Notes: generated by a model from the letters alone, not told the origin. A stretch of 63,640 nucleotides of DNA, filler included, from Atractiella rhizophila (GCA_021432655.1; 6 parts of 6 records of this genome joined end to end with filler, not necessarily neighbours in it), one strand, 5' to 3'. Positions 24,732-37,369 are shown, counted from the whole stretch's first letter. Program-made: numbers and translations.

Positions 24732-25601
24732 ATGAAGATGAACACGCTCACCGTCCCACTCCTACAATCTCGCTCTAAGCCCTGTCTAAGCCCTTCTACG
24801 CTAGGAATCACTGCGGATGACAAGGTGGAAAGTGGGAAAGAGGGGAGTGGGAAAGACGAGTATCCAACATACGAAGAGGCTGATCCAAAGGTCTCAGAAA
24901 CATACCACGTCGTGATCTTGGTGGAAGCCTTCCTCCCCTCCCTCCTTGGCATCGCTTACGTCGTTTTCTGCATCTACGTCTCCTACACCTCGTCCCCGCT
25001 CATCATCTCTCACTCCACCGCACATGCCACCGAACTACGAGGAGCGATCACGGCAATCGCAAATATATGGATCTTTATCTGCCTTCTCTTTGTGGGGAAC
25101 CTCATTGACCGAGTCTGAGGAATGGTATCGACGTCTGATGAGTGCGACGGAGGAGGTGGGAGCGCCGCTTGCACACCTCAATCATGTCTCGTCAAATTTG
25201 GGTGGAACGCTCAGGCATGCCGTTGATTTGTTTTCATTCTTCACCGGATCCTCGAGACCTTTCAAAAGCATCTTCATTAGCGCTCTCCTCGCCATCGCGC
25301 TCAACGAAATAGCCCCTTCCATCCTTCAACTTGTTCCCAGTTCGTTTCCCATTCTTATCTTCTCGACTGCCATCCATCTAACATTAATTGATGGCTAGGT
25401 TGGTACTCCATTGGACCGCACAAACTCTCAATACCTTCCCTACCGCCACTCTCCCTTCATGCCAACCTCTCTACAGTCTTCTCCCGGACCTCGACAACTA
25501 GTTCAGAGTTCTCAACAATCTACGTCTTCGCCGCACTCGGCGACGTGACGATGCCCGTCAAACGTTACTTCCCAAACGCCGTTGTCCCCCTTCCTATTAC
25601 A
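24732..25601 (+). pseudogene. Multi-TM membrane protein gene fragment
   Basis: TM-rich ORF 24732-25118 continues in another frame (SEEWYRRL...FISALLAIALNEIAP). It is interrupted by the mini-Helitron at 25602. Confidence 0.5.
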
Positions 25602-25745
25602 TCTTTATGCCGAAGGCGAGGCCCCACGCAGTGGCTGCCAGAGGCAAGAGCTCCACGCAGTGGCCGCCGGAGGCTGCGGTCCAAGGGGCAAAGCCGCTGG
25701 CAGGGGGGTGGGGGTGCCGAGGGGACGAGGGCACTGACACAGTTG
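25602..25745 (+). mobile_element. Mini-Helitron (144 bp)
   Basis: A|TC 5' end, GTGCC..GGCAC subterminal hairpin, ...GTTG|T 3' end, no TSD; homologous to 41974-42068. Confidence 0.65.
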
Positions 25746-25884
25746 TGGTAACAAAACACCAGACAGGATTTGAAATGGAGAAGAGAAGAGAAGTTGGGGT
25801 TTTAGGCAGCATCCATCCTCCTCTGATCGATGAGCCAGATGCTCAAGTCCCTCCGCATCGATTCCACTCACTCCAACACCTGCT

Positions 25885-26752
25885 TCATCGCCATCCTCTC
25901 CCTCTTTCCTTCAGCGCCTTCATTTCTGCCTCGAGAACCAGAGGCCTCTCCCTCCATTTTTCAACCTCCTTCAAGCTCTCCGCCAACCTCAGTCGTTCGT
26001 TCTCCGTTTTCGGCGTCTCACGCTCCTTTTCGCTCGCTCCCAGCAAAGAACTCGCTTCCGCCAGCCTCTTCTCAAGACTCTCAAGATGGGAACCTTTTCT
26101 GCCCTGCACTTCCTCGCTGCGACTGCATTCTTCCTCCTCCTCTCCCTCCCTTTCTCCTCCTTCTTTATCAATGTCTCCGTCTTTTCTGCTCCACCGCCTA
26201 CCCTACTTACATTGGACGTCCTGTTTCGCTTCTTCGGCCTCGATGGTGCAAGAGCCCCACACTCCCCACCCCTTGATGCGGGGGAATTCGCTTTCTAAAC
26301 GAGGTAGGGGACAGGAGGGAATGAGCAGTGTTCGGACAAGCGTAAGGTCTGGTGGGGGGAGAGACTGCCAGAGTTATGATAAAGGAGGAGGGAGGTGTGA
26401 AAAGAGTGGAGGTGTGGGACGAGGAGCATCCTGCGGTGCGTCTGTCGATTGGGGGGAGAGAGGGAATCTGCTTCAGCTTTTCTGGTTGGTATAGAGGGGT
26501 TGGGATTGGGTTGGGAGGAGTCTCCGATTGCTGAGGATCTGGAGGGACATGGATGACTGCAACTGAACCTGTGCTCTGCCTGGGCTTGGGCTGCGATTTA
26601 ATCGTTGGCAGGCCATCCATGTCGTCCTCTGGTTCTTCCTTCATCCACTTCACGACCCTCGAGTGACTGAAGTCTGCAACATTTACAACTAATCCTCGAA
26701 GACACTCATCCATGGTCACTAAGCCCTTCTCTTCTCCATCCAAAATAAGCAA
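25885..26752 (-). pseudogene. bZIP transcription factor (GCN4/CpcA-like basic region), frameshifted
   Basis: The basic region ERRRKNAVAARKCR is in one frame and the zipper RKGSHLESLEKRLAEASSLL...KWRER in another, a frame slip near 26105. A Pro/Ser-rich region lies upstream. Confidence 0.75.
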
Positions 26753-27963
26753 TAACTGATATCTCTCGTCCGTTCCCGCAGGTGACGGACACAGTCTGCC
26801 CCTTCAGGTTTCCCTGGACAGTCCAGCGGGGCATCCAGAATCCTTCCAAAGATGCTTCATATTTGTGCCCACACGCAGAAGGGTCGTACGGTCTTATAGT
26901 TAAAGCACTTCATTGGATACTCACAGTGCGGATTTCGGCTTCCTTTTTGTCAGTCGCTTCATGCTCAGATTTTGATTTTCCTGCAAGGCGGATTTCGGTC
27001 TCGACTTCATCAGCCGTCGATCATGTTGTTGAGGGACGCGGACGTGATGTGTCGGCCTAGCAACTTGAGTGGTGATCACTAACGACCTATCCGATCTGCC
27101 AGAGGGTCAGCATAACATGTTGAAGCTCAAAAAACGTTATGGAGATTAGGACAAGGTGCGCGAAGGGTGGTGAGCACTGGTTTCTGATGTCCCACACTCA
27201 CTCAAAGACGGGGCTGTGCTTAGCAGAAGCCACAATGATCGTGTTAATGGTGGAAACAATAATTTGAGGAACCTTTCTCGTTTTCTTCACGTCCCAGAAC
27301 GGAACTGGATTAACTTTCACTGCTGTGATTTCGCGGCCCTCAAAGTGGTCAAGAGAAGGGACCCTACTGATTTCTACTTTGTCTCAATACGGATTTCGGC
27401 GTCTCCATCGTCGACCGCTTGTTTCACAATGATTTCATTGCAGTGCAGCTCTCCTTGAAACAGAAGATCGTAACTTAAAATTTGCAACTCTATGAGAACC
27501 TGACGGTTAAGAGATACAAGAGAGGGTCCATCTGTTAACCCCAGTGGACAGAAGCGTGAAAAGCATTTGACAGGCTTGGAAACCTGACGTGCATGGCTGA
27601 ATTTGCTGCATAAAAAAGTTCTATTCAAAGGCGGCCGTAAGGTCATGCCGAGATCCATAAGAACCACTCGTCATTGTAAGTTTATAAGGAAGAAGAACTA
27701 CGAATGGAGAGATCGTTTCCTTGACGTCCGAGACTTCCACAACGAGTGGACCGAATCGAATTTTCGTATGTTTGTTTGTGCGTCTCGTCCCGCATGTGCC
27801 AAAGTGGCAATTGAATCAATGTGGATTCTTGGGTTCGGACATGCGGAAGGAGACGAGGAGAGTGACACGTCCTAGACGTCTTCGCTCCAATAAATCCCAG
27901 CATAAAAACATGCGCACAATTCTTGCACCGTGTTGACCTTTGTATCTCACAAACATCCTACAA

Positions 27964-29661
27964 ATGGCGTTCAGTATCAGGATGATCGAAACCTCCCTAG
28001 CTGTGCTCTCTGTCCTACTGGTCACAATAACATATCGCGTGTTGATACTGCGAGGCTCACTTATGTCGACGACGGCCATATACCCCCGGCGCTCGATAGG
28101 GCGGAACATTGGCAACCTACTGACATTGGCATGGCCGAGGAACAGCAAAGAGGTGCCAGGAACAGCGGTGAGCCTGCAGAAGGATTCCAAACGTTCGCCC
28201 TCGACGACAAAGCTCAGCTCGGCCACCTCGAAGCTCCCCGCGATCCGGCTCTTCTATTTGGGAACGATGGACTCTGATGAGGGCATCGTTGCCAGAGGCC
28301 TGCGTGATTGCGCGGCCAAACCCGATCCCACAGACGGCAAACATGACCACTCCCGGCTCTGGATATCTAGCGGTTCCGCTCTAACCAAGAACGTTGTGCA
28401 ACTGCTTGTATGGGAGTGGGTCTCTCTGTGGTTGATCCTCATCATGTTGTTCGCGACATTGCTCTACAATAGCTTCTTGACAGGCCAACGCTGCCCAGAC
28501 AGCTATCCCCGCCTCACCGTCCTCCTCATTTATACCCTAGCCTATCTCGCCCACTTTTACTACGTTTGGACGATCTGCGGGAGCTTCTTCACAAGCGTGG
28601 CTGCAGGCGCAGCATGGAGCCTTCTCCAGCGCGCAAAGTTCGCCATTTGCGATCAGAACAAACTCCATCGTCATGTTGAGGGATCGGCCTTCGAGTTCCG
28701 AGGCATCGATAAAGCGAGCGTCGAGTATGTCCCCCTAACGTTCAATGCTCACTTCAAGCATGAAATCGATCCTGCTCGGAGCGCCATCAATGGCTCTCCT
28801 TCCACCCCGATTCTGAACGGTGCTGCTACCAAGGAAGCCGATGACCTGAAGGAGGTCCATGCCGCCCTTGCAACCCTAGCTGCGGTGCAAAAAGTGCAGC
28901 GCCAAACCGCTACCGAATCCGCCACCATCGCCCTCGATCGTGTCATCACCAACGCGATGGTGATGATGGGAGTAACTCTCTCATCGGGCTTCTCATCCTG
29001 GACAATGGGCCAGGTTACAGACAATACTCCCAACAACTTCGCAAGTGCGCAAATCGGCAGCCTTGCCCTTCTCGCCTCGCTCTCTCTAGGCACCGCAACA
29101 ATGTTCACCTCTGCCATGCACCTCAGCATCCTCGACTCGTCCTTTAGGATGATCCTGTCACTCAAGGAGACGAAGATTAACGGGCAAGCCGCAGACCATT
29201 ATAAAAGGCGGCCCTTATCCGACACCCACCTCTCGTTCTCCAGAGGCAGCGTGCCAGTCTCCTCCGTCGGTTTCTTCGAAATACTTTTAACAAATCGCCT
29301 GCAAAACTTTTTCGACGTTTTATTTTTTGGCCCAGCCTTCTCCCTCATGCCCAAACGCACAGATGACGACCGGACCTCCGATGAAACGCGGTTTGATCTT
29401 ACAGTGAAAGTAGATCCCGCGCGCAGCATCGATGGCGAGAGTGGCACGGTTGTGTTCACCACACGTCGGACCAATAGGCATGGGAGGGGAACAGAAGGGA
29501 GGAATCTTGAAGCGATCAACGTGTGTTATATTGAGAATGAAGAGATTACTAATTTGAAGGAAAAGGTGAGGCATATCATGGTTATTATCCTCATTCATAC
29601 TAACGAGTACCCTGAAGGCTGGCACATCAGGAATCTGGGAGCAGGAAAAGTGTATTTCTGA
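27964..29661 (+). CDS. Uncharacterised multi-pass membrane protein (~560 aa)
   Basis: Long open frame with several TM segments (WEWVSLWLILIMLFATLLY, LTVLLIYTLAYLAHFYYVW, IGSLALLASLSLG). A likely terminal intron starts at 29566, so the true C-terminus may differ. Confidence 0.8.
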   Translation: MAFSIRMIETSLAVLSVLLVTITYRVLILRGSLMSTTAIYPRRSIGRNIGNLLTLAWPRNSKEVPGTAVSLQKDSKRSPSTTKLSSATSKLPAIRLFYLGTMDSDEGIVARGLRDCAAKPDPTDGKHDHSRLWISSGSALTKNVVQLLVWEWVSLWLILIMLFATLLYNSFLTGQRCPDSYPRLTVLLIYTLAYLAHFYYVWTICGSFFTSVAAGAAWSLLQRAKFAICDQNKLHRHVEGSAFEFRGIDKASVEYVPLTFNAHFKHEIDPARSAINGSPSTPILNGAATKEADDLKEVHAALATLAAVQKVQRQTATESATIALDRVITNAMVMMGVTLSSGFSSWTMGQVTDNTPNNFASAQIGSLALLASLSLGTATMFTSAMHLSILDSSFRMILSLKETKINGQAADHYKRRPLSDTHLSFSRGSVPVSSVGFFEILLTNRLQNFFDVLFFGPAFSLMPKRTDDDRTSDETRFDLTVKVDPARSIDGESGTVVFTTRRTNRHGRGTEGRNLEAINVCYIENEEITNLKEKVRHIMVIILIHTNEYPEGWHIRNLGAGKVYF

Positions 29662-29808
29662 ACAGGTTTAGGTCAAGTCCCTCTTTTGTACCACGGAACG
29701 ATTCATGATGATGTAAATGTGCCTTTTCTGCGTTTACTTTCCGGGTATATCTTCTTGTGACTGTGAACATGTATGCACCAGATAAATCAGATACATGGAC
29801 AGGTGAAA

Positions 29809-30157
29809 TCCAACTACTATTCTGTCATGACGGAACTGTTCCGTCAGTCAAATTTGGCTGGGGAACGGAGTTAGGGTCAGGGCCATGGTTAGTCCAATCA
29901 GCCCAGTCGCGAGGCTACTAAGGGTACTTTAGGGTTCAACCCTGGCTGTTTCAGGAATGAGATCCAGGCTGAATCCTTGCCTCCTGGGCACCTAGGGTAC
30001 AACCCTGCCTCTGTCAGGAACAGGATCCTGGCTGCCCAGGGTACTACTAAGGGTACTTTAGGGTTCAACCCTGGCTCTTTCAGGAATGAGATCCAGGCTG
30101 AATCCTTGCCTCCTGGGCACCTAGGGTACAACCCTGCCTATGTCAGGAACTGGATCC
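29809..30157 (+). mobile_element. Copy 3 of the Helitron-like family: module B followed by a 129-bp tandem module A running into a gap
   Basis: Starts A|TCCAACTACTATT. Module A units begin at 29915 and 30044 and contain AGGGTWCAACCCT palindromes. Confidence 0.75.
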
Positions 30158-30257
30158 NNNNNNNNNNNNNNNNNNNNNNNNNNNNNNNNNNNNNNNNNNN
30201 NTTAATTAATTAANNNNNNNNNNNNNNNNNNNNNNNNNNNNNNNNNNNNNNNNNNNN

Positions 30258-30436
30258 CCACTCAGTGGCAAAGTTCTTTAGTTTTCTGGAATGTTCTACT
30301 ACTTTCTAGTTGCCACTGCTGTAAGCTATATAAACACATAGAATTCCATTTCCTGGTGCTCATGCATTTGCAAGAGCTCAGCCAAACATAACCAAGCTGT
30401 ACCTAGCTCCGCTCCTCAGAAGGTTGATTTCCAACA
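30258..30436 (+). mobile_element. Probable 3' part of an LTR at a contig edge
   Basis: TATATAAA box followed ~105 bp later by a ...TTCCAACA terminus; adjacent to a gap. Confidence 0.35.
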
Positions 30437-31125
30437 TTACTGGACAGTTTAAAGTGCCCCACCAAGAAAAGGACGCACAGGATTCCATGTTTCCACTATC
30501 ACAAATCTCATCCCATTGGCCAATTACCAAACAAGCTCACCAACTCTTTGGAAGACAGCAAAGCAACCGCATACCTTGATATTTGTCTGACCGGTGGAGG
30601 GCCAAAGTCACTCACTGGCATCACGTCGAGTTCATACAAACTGATGTCGAGGGAGGAGAGAAGGACCGAGGGGCAATGGAGTGACCTGACCATCCTGTTT
30701 CTTTCAGAGGGCATTGCGCAAGATGCTCGAGCAAACTCTGCGGACGGAAACACGGTGCCGTTGGGAAAGATCTGACTTTGTGTAAACTCGCGCGACCTTG
30801 AATTATTCTGCCCAATTTTGGCGAATTTATTCGCCAATATTGGGCACTCACAGTAGATGCTGCACCAAAATTAGCCAATTATGGCAAAATTTGGCAAATA
30901 TCGCAAATTTTGACAAACACGTTTTTGACAGGGCATGACGTACCGCTGTTGTGCAATTCTGCGCCTCATGTGATCACTGTACTTTGGTCTGAGCTCGGTC
31001 TCTTCTTCTCTTCTACTATCTGTAGTCGAATGATCCAAATCTCGAATGCCCCCAGCACTCCGTCTCCATCTTTGTTCAAGGCTGGGATGACCGAGTCGGC
31101 ACCGAATATTAACATTGGGTAAGGA

Positions 31126-34100
31126 TAGGGATGACATCGGATCGCACCGTCCTGGACGTACGTGTCCGTGTCCGATACGTGTACCTTACCCGTCCGTCCC
31201 GCTTGACTGGTCTTTGGGACGATACGATACGATACGCCATCCTCCACGTCCCATCCGTTTTCATCCAGAAAATCCGTCGTATTACGGGTTACGGTGGAGA
31301 AGACAATATGCAGCTGGAGCCATGGGTTACAAAGGAGGACAGTGGAGACAGTAGTTCGAGAGTTGCGTACTCTCTCAATCCCGTGATCCGTGATTCCTTT
31401 GCAGCATTCTTAGATTCTTCAAACTGACACATTGAGGCTGCAGCTTATTGTTGAAGCTTTATCCATATTTTTGCATCTGTCTGTTCTGCCCACTAACGTA
31501 GTTTAGTCTCATTCTTACTTATCTGAGATTCATCTTGTCTTGGTCCTATCTTTCTGATGAACCTCAGGTAAGCGTTCCTCACATACTTGCATGCAGTATT
31601 AATGATCTTTTCTTCGTCCTATCTTTCGGATGAACCTCAGGTTCAACACTTATGAAACAAGTGCTCACACCCATAACACATCCTTCCTCTTCTCAAACAT
31701 ATAAACACCTTCGACTCTATTCTCGACGTCCTTGATTCAATCTGTCACAACTGCAATGGCACCACAAGAGCGGAAGAAAAGTCAGCGGCAGCAGACTTTA
31801 AAGGATATGTCAAAGTGGAATAATGAAGATGGAACTGCGTTGAGCGAGAAGCGAAGGAAGAAAGATTTGGAAGCTGACTAAGTGATTTTGTCTCTACCTG
31901 AAACATTTTTAGGCGCGAATAACATTCAAGTCTTTGGATATGAGTTTGTCAAAGCTCTGGTGTCTGCTATCTCGACGACACCTCAGCATACCAGTGAAGT
32001 GAGCACATCTTTTGCTATCTGTCATTGCCTTAGATCTGATTCTGAACTTGGACATATATAGAAAACCTCAGATTTATACAAGAAGACCCTTGCCCTTCTC
32101 ACTCAACTCGACTCTCAGGCAGAGGATAACGATGACCCCTTTAATGCAGCATTCTCAGGATGGCGCCCTTCCTCCCTCAACAATGTTAGATACCGAGATG
32201 GGCTCAAGATGTTTGCAACCCTGTGGAAACGCCTACAGCGCATCGCTTCTGTTTCCGAGGTAACACTGCGTGCCCTCAAAGCATATCTCTGTGCTGCAGC
32301 CGAGCGCATTCACACCATCCTCCTATCGGAAGGTCTTGTGGATTTGCCAGGTCCTGACCAGCTATTTCTGCCTGATCAAGATGAGGAGAAGATATGAGGA
32401 TGGAACTGGAGCCTGACGAGATTAAAGCAGTTGAAGTTGTGCAGATTTTTCCATTGAAGATAGATAGCTCAAAGAAGAAAAACAAAAGGCGGAAGGTATG
32501 TTCGTCTGCATGTGGGTTGTTGAATGACTGAAACCTGTGGATAGCTCGATTCTGGTGGAGACTTAATCGTTAAGTCAACTTTCTCCAGCGGAGCAACATC
32601 ACATGCACTCCCAGGTGATAATGAGGTATGTCCCTATTTCCTCACGATTTAGTAATTCTGATCTAATCCTATGTCAGAGCCCATCAGTCACCATCAACCC
32701 CTATCGTGCCGCTGTCCACTACTTTTTCGATTCTGTCAAGTGGAAGGAGGTTCCTGGTCAGCTCAAACCGAAACACAAGGAGGGTGACAAAAATCTTGGC
32801 CGCAACCATTGCAGCATAGTCCTGCGATCCAGTGTAGCTAGCAATGGAAATACAAAAACTCTGTGCAATCATCTTGTGGAAAATCATGGAAGGACTGTTG
32901 TGCCACACTTTAGACTTCTAAAGGAAAAGCGAAAGAGTTGTATGGAGATTAAGGACATCAATGATATTCTGAGTCGGGCAATGGAGGAATATAACACACA
33001 GGTATGCGATTCATTGATTCACTAGTGCTACTACTGAATGCTAACGTCAATGTTTCTCAGGGGTTTGACTCCACCATCTTTGCTGATCTGCTTAATCGAG
33101 TTGTTGTTGAAGAAGATCTTCCCTTCTTGATTGTGGACAGTCCAACCTTTCAAGAACTCCTCATCTACCTCCAATAGACACTGCCTTCTGCCAAAGAAAT
33201 ACGGCTTACAGATCTTACGAAAGGCAGACTGTAATTTGTAGAAGAATCTGTTAAAAGTCCAAAGAAGAAGATGGAGATACCGAGTCGTAAGGTGCTGAAG
33301 GAGCAAATACATGCGTTTGCAGAAAGAAGCAATGAGAAGCTTACACAAACTCTGAAGGACTGTCTACTCTTTGGTTATCAATGTTTTTCATAGATGTGTG
33401 ATAAGGAATCTGGATCGAAAGTTCGCCTCTTGCTTGACAACTGGACTTCCGAAAACCATTATGCATTCCTCTGTCTTATCGGTCAATTCATCAACAGTAA
33501 CTGGGAACTGGTGGAGGTCATGCTGGGATTTGAAGAGCTTATCGGAGCTCATTCAGGAGAGAATATGGCGGATATGATTATGAAGCTGTCGATAAATTTG
33601 GATTGGCGAATTTGGTCTAGTTGTATTCACTTACTAACAACCTGAGTTATAGATTGGGTGCTTTACCACAGATGGCGCTTCTAACATCACAACATTAAGC
33701 GGTATCAAACAGCGGCAAAAGAAAAGAAATATCGAGTTCAGTGCCACTGAAAGGCACATCCTTTGCATGCCTCATATCATTCATCTGGCCGTTATCGCCC
33801 TGCTCGACTTCTTGAACGTTTGGCCAAAGCCTTCAGCTCCAATCGTGACCTCCCGCCATGCCTCTTGTCACAAATACAAAGCATTCTAAACTTGATACTT
33901 CAATTCCGACAACATCTGCACAGCTGGGTGAGGAGGAATTGAATGAAGTAGAATTGGATTTGAGCAAAGTCAATGGAGCGATACCAAAGGTATGCTTGTT
34001 GCTTCTATTGATGCTGCTGTACTTTCTCAATCTTCTGACAGCTTTGAACCATCCTCAAACATGTTCGTGGCTCTCCTCAACGTCAAAATTAGATCTTTCG

Positions 34101-34190
34101 GAGGATACTTTGAAGACCTACGAGAGCCGTTCGTATGGGTGCAAACGGGGCTGAGCTGAATTATCACCCACAAGGTTTGATGCAAGGTCA
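31126..34190 (+). mobile_element. hAT (Ac-like) transposon: left end plus decayed transposase, 3'-truncated
   Basis: Left end TAGGGATGAC with CCGT/TACG-rich subterminal repeats. BED-like C...GNTKTLCNHLVENH; first catalytic D in LLLDNWTSENHYAF...W.L...LGF....AHSGENMA; second in FTTDGASN; CxxH in HILCMPHIIHLAV. Stops and frameshifts present. Confidence 0.9.
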
Positions 34191-36003
34191 ACTTATGACT
34201 TTGCACTCCCAGTCAGTGGCGGTTAACAACCATTAAAATGTACTCAAAGCACCGACAAAACTGGACAAATGTGCAGCACTCCGTTCCAGGTCGATTATTA
34301 AAGAACAAGTATGATGGGTACTATCCAACTGACAACAGTCAGCATAACCAAAGAGATGATGAGGTGACAATAAAGAAATGAACCAAGGTGGAACCGCAAG
34401 GCCCCTCGCCCACGTGACCGGAATACGAATGCCTGAAAAATATTTAAAAATGCGTAATAATGAGCCTTTGAAGGAATACATAGGCATAATACTGGCAAAG
34501 GTAAATTAAGGAAAACCACTTATTCAGCTAGATGAGGGAACTTGGATGTCGAAAACGTATAGATGAGGTTGTGACACTCCTTGTGTGCTTCGCGGAGCTT
34601 GTCTCACTGCTCTCGTACTCCTTTGACTTCGTGTTGATAAGCGTTAACTCGAACCACTGCATCCTGGATCTTTTCTTCCCGTTGGGTACGGCAGAGATAC
34701 CGATTTTTGACCTTGCTTGAGAAATATGTCTTCTTCTCTGCTCGGTGAAGCAGGTCAATGAACTCGAGTGATGAAGGGATCTAGTTGCAAGCAAACACCA
34801 TGGCAAGTTACCCTGCTTCTTCCATCCCATGCAATTAGCATGGAAAAGGTGGAGCTTGTCACCTTCGTTCGGACAGATATCAATCCTGAAGGGGTAGCGA
34901 CCCTGCTGGTACTTGGTCTAGGGAAAGCGATTTCTAGGGTGGTCCCCATCGAAACTCGGATAGAGGTACCCGGAACAACTTGTTTTCATGGGGAATGTGA
35001 GGATGTTGGCAGGAGAGATGGGTATCAAAGGATTAGGGGAGCACAAATACGTAATAATCTCTGGAAGGAGGTCATGAGCACTGATCCGCTTGCCGAAGAC
35101 AGCTTTGCAATCATTACTCTGCTGAGGCTGTCCTAAGAAGACCGACCCTTTCATAACTTTCGCCAGGCCTCTGCAGCGATTGCAGCGTTACTCTGGAAGG
35201 TGCGGCGGCTGCTCGTCCCATGAGGAGTTATCCGTGTTTTCTTCCAGGAGCTGAACGGTTTTGGTACAGAGGACCTGATTTCTGACCAGCTGATTGATGA
35301 TTGCCGATAAGTACTCGTCCTTCAAATAATAGTTGTCGTAATTCTGTGGCTTCACTTTTGCAAACAGATCTGACAAGTAACCTAGTGAAATTCAGACGTG
35401 TTAGGGATATGGAATAAGTCAAATTAGCGAGAATATACCTTGTCAATAGCGTTAAGAAAGAGCAACTTCAGCTTCTCTTGAACTTTCAACCTTCCCCTTC
35501 CTAATGTCTTCAGGATCTTCTGTTCGCCGCCTCCTCTTCCTAGCCATTTGCTCCTACTCCCTCTCCCTAACTTCATCCTGAGCAATTACTCCTCCAACAT
35601 CCTCGAAATCGTCGTCGACCTCCTCATTTTTATAGTCCTCGTATTCAAATTCCTCCCTTTCCGGATCACGATCGGCTCTAGAGCACGTTTGTTGACTTGC
35701 CTGCGTGACCTATGCCTGCGCAAGTCAGCATTGTAACTTTTGCCTAAGCGGGGAGTGTGCTGTCGGACTCTGAGGTAGGTTTGATTCGTTTGTAACCACG
35801 TCATGGGAGACCGGTGTAGCAGCGACTCAGAATGTTGAAGCAGCCGAAGTTGTAGACTGAGACTGTGAGCAAGGGATGCCACCACGTGTGGGGAGAGTGA
35901 CAGAATCATACGCCTCCTCCTTTCGCCACTTGTGCACTTGCGCGTTTAGTTTCCTTTGAGCAATTTCTGGAACTGTGGCCAATCTTTGCCACAGGTATCT
36001 CTC

Positions 36004-36549
36004 TGTTATAAACCTGCAAGTGCGAGACTTATACTCATTGTAATCTCACACTTCGCAGGTAATGTAGTTTCCTTACATACTGAATGCAACAGATACTCAT
36101 TGTAATCTCGCACTTCGCAGTACTCATACATATATCAGAGAGGAGCGAAAGAACGTGAATAGATATCGTAGGTATTCACACATTGAGGTTGATACGTGGG
36201 GTTTTGGAAGCGTTCATGCCGGCCTCAAAGGCAGAAGGAACACCTGTCTATGCCCAGGGAACTCGCCTCGATTCTTACCGTGCTTTCTGCTGTGAGGGCG
36301 AAGTAAAATGACAAGGAATAAGATGAATGTTACATTGACAAGTGAGGCCGTTTTTATAAGCCAATGAATGGATAAAAGATCAGACAACATTGCCGGAAAA
36401 CCCCAGGAGCAGATAGAAATATAGAATGATCAAAGAGCATGGAACGAAGAGGAAGCTGAAGAGAATCAAATGATTCTCATCAGGACCAGGGAATTGACGG
36501 ACCTTGCCTTCCAGCTTCTGGATAAGGCTAAGATATCGTGCAGTTGTCA
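36004..36549 (-). mobile_element. 3' LTR of a second minus-strand LTR retrotransposon family
   Basis: TG...CA termini, an internal duplicated ATACTCATTGTAATCTCRCACTTCGCAG, and a PPT GGGAGAAGAGGGAA immediately adjacent on the minus strand (36550-36563). Confidence 0.75.
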
Positions 36550-37320
36550 TTCCCTCTTCTCCCGGTCGATTGTACGCGCTTGGAGCCGACAGGAGAGGTG
36601 TAGAGAGACGGGGGAGTTGTGAGGTATTCAGTGGTCAATCGGACTTCCAAGTTAGGCAGGATCCACTTCCAGAATAGGAAGGTGTTGCCCCATTTGAGTG
36701 TGTTGACCATTGTATCTCACACATTGTGGAGCAATGCCATCAAGCCAGAGCTCCTCAACCTCTTGTCGAGGAATCCCTTGGTTACAACAAGAAACCACAA
36801 AAGATCTTGAAGCTGGGATGAGGGAGGCACTCCGCAATGTGAAGATTCAAGGTCCTCCTAATCTGGGCTGAGCCTCGAAGAGCGAGCACAGAAAGCATTG
36901 AGATTTAACGGCATGGACTAGAAAGAATTTCCTATGCCTGCAGCTCCATTGGAACTGCTTTTCGACCTGCAGGACAGGGGTGCTGTGCAGCGGTGGCTCC
37001 TTCCTCCCCATTCCATTCCACATAAGGTGCAATTGTTAGAGTTTAGGGGAAGTGTTCCAGGGGATAGCGGGAATGGGTTGATTGGGGATGCAGCGATTCC
37101 TCTGTCGATAAACTGTTTGAAAGCGGTGTTGTATGCGTTCCTCTCATTCACAAGGTATATTCTCCAGGCTCCATGTTCTATCCTTGTTAGGATTCGAGGT
37201 GAGGTCAGTCGAGGTTTGGTGATGGTTTGGAGGTGTGGGAGCGGGGGTCTTGCCTTCAGCGAGCACAGACTCACATATGTACACTGGTTTGGTATGAATC
37301 TATATGATTTCATTGTAGGT
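36550..37320 (-). pseudogene. Gypsy-type gag C-terminal relic directly upstream of the PPT/LTR (no pol)
   Basis: PFPLSPGTLPLNSNNCTLCG......H.C resembles the zinc-knuckle end of basidiomycete Ty3/Gypsy gag (from recall). No RT or integrase motifs occur before the PPT. Confidence 0.45.
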
Positions 37321-37369
37321 CTACATGCAGCTGATTGTGTAAATAAACTTGAAGATTCTTAGCGTTTAA

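Noticed and set aside
25607..26494. 295-aa plus-strand ORF
   Set aside because: Antisense shadow of the bZIP gene fused to the mini-Helitron.
31543..31643. Duplicated GTCCTATCTTTCKGATGAACCTCAGGT containing CTGATGA, considered as a hammerhead ribozyme
   Set aside because: No stem II/GAAA core follows. It looks like a short duplication in the hAT 5' region with a splice donor.
34528..35900. Decayed minus-strand coding-like region with an acidic stretch and RCNRC
   Set aside because: Many stops and no assignable family.
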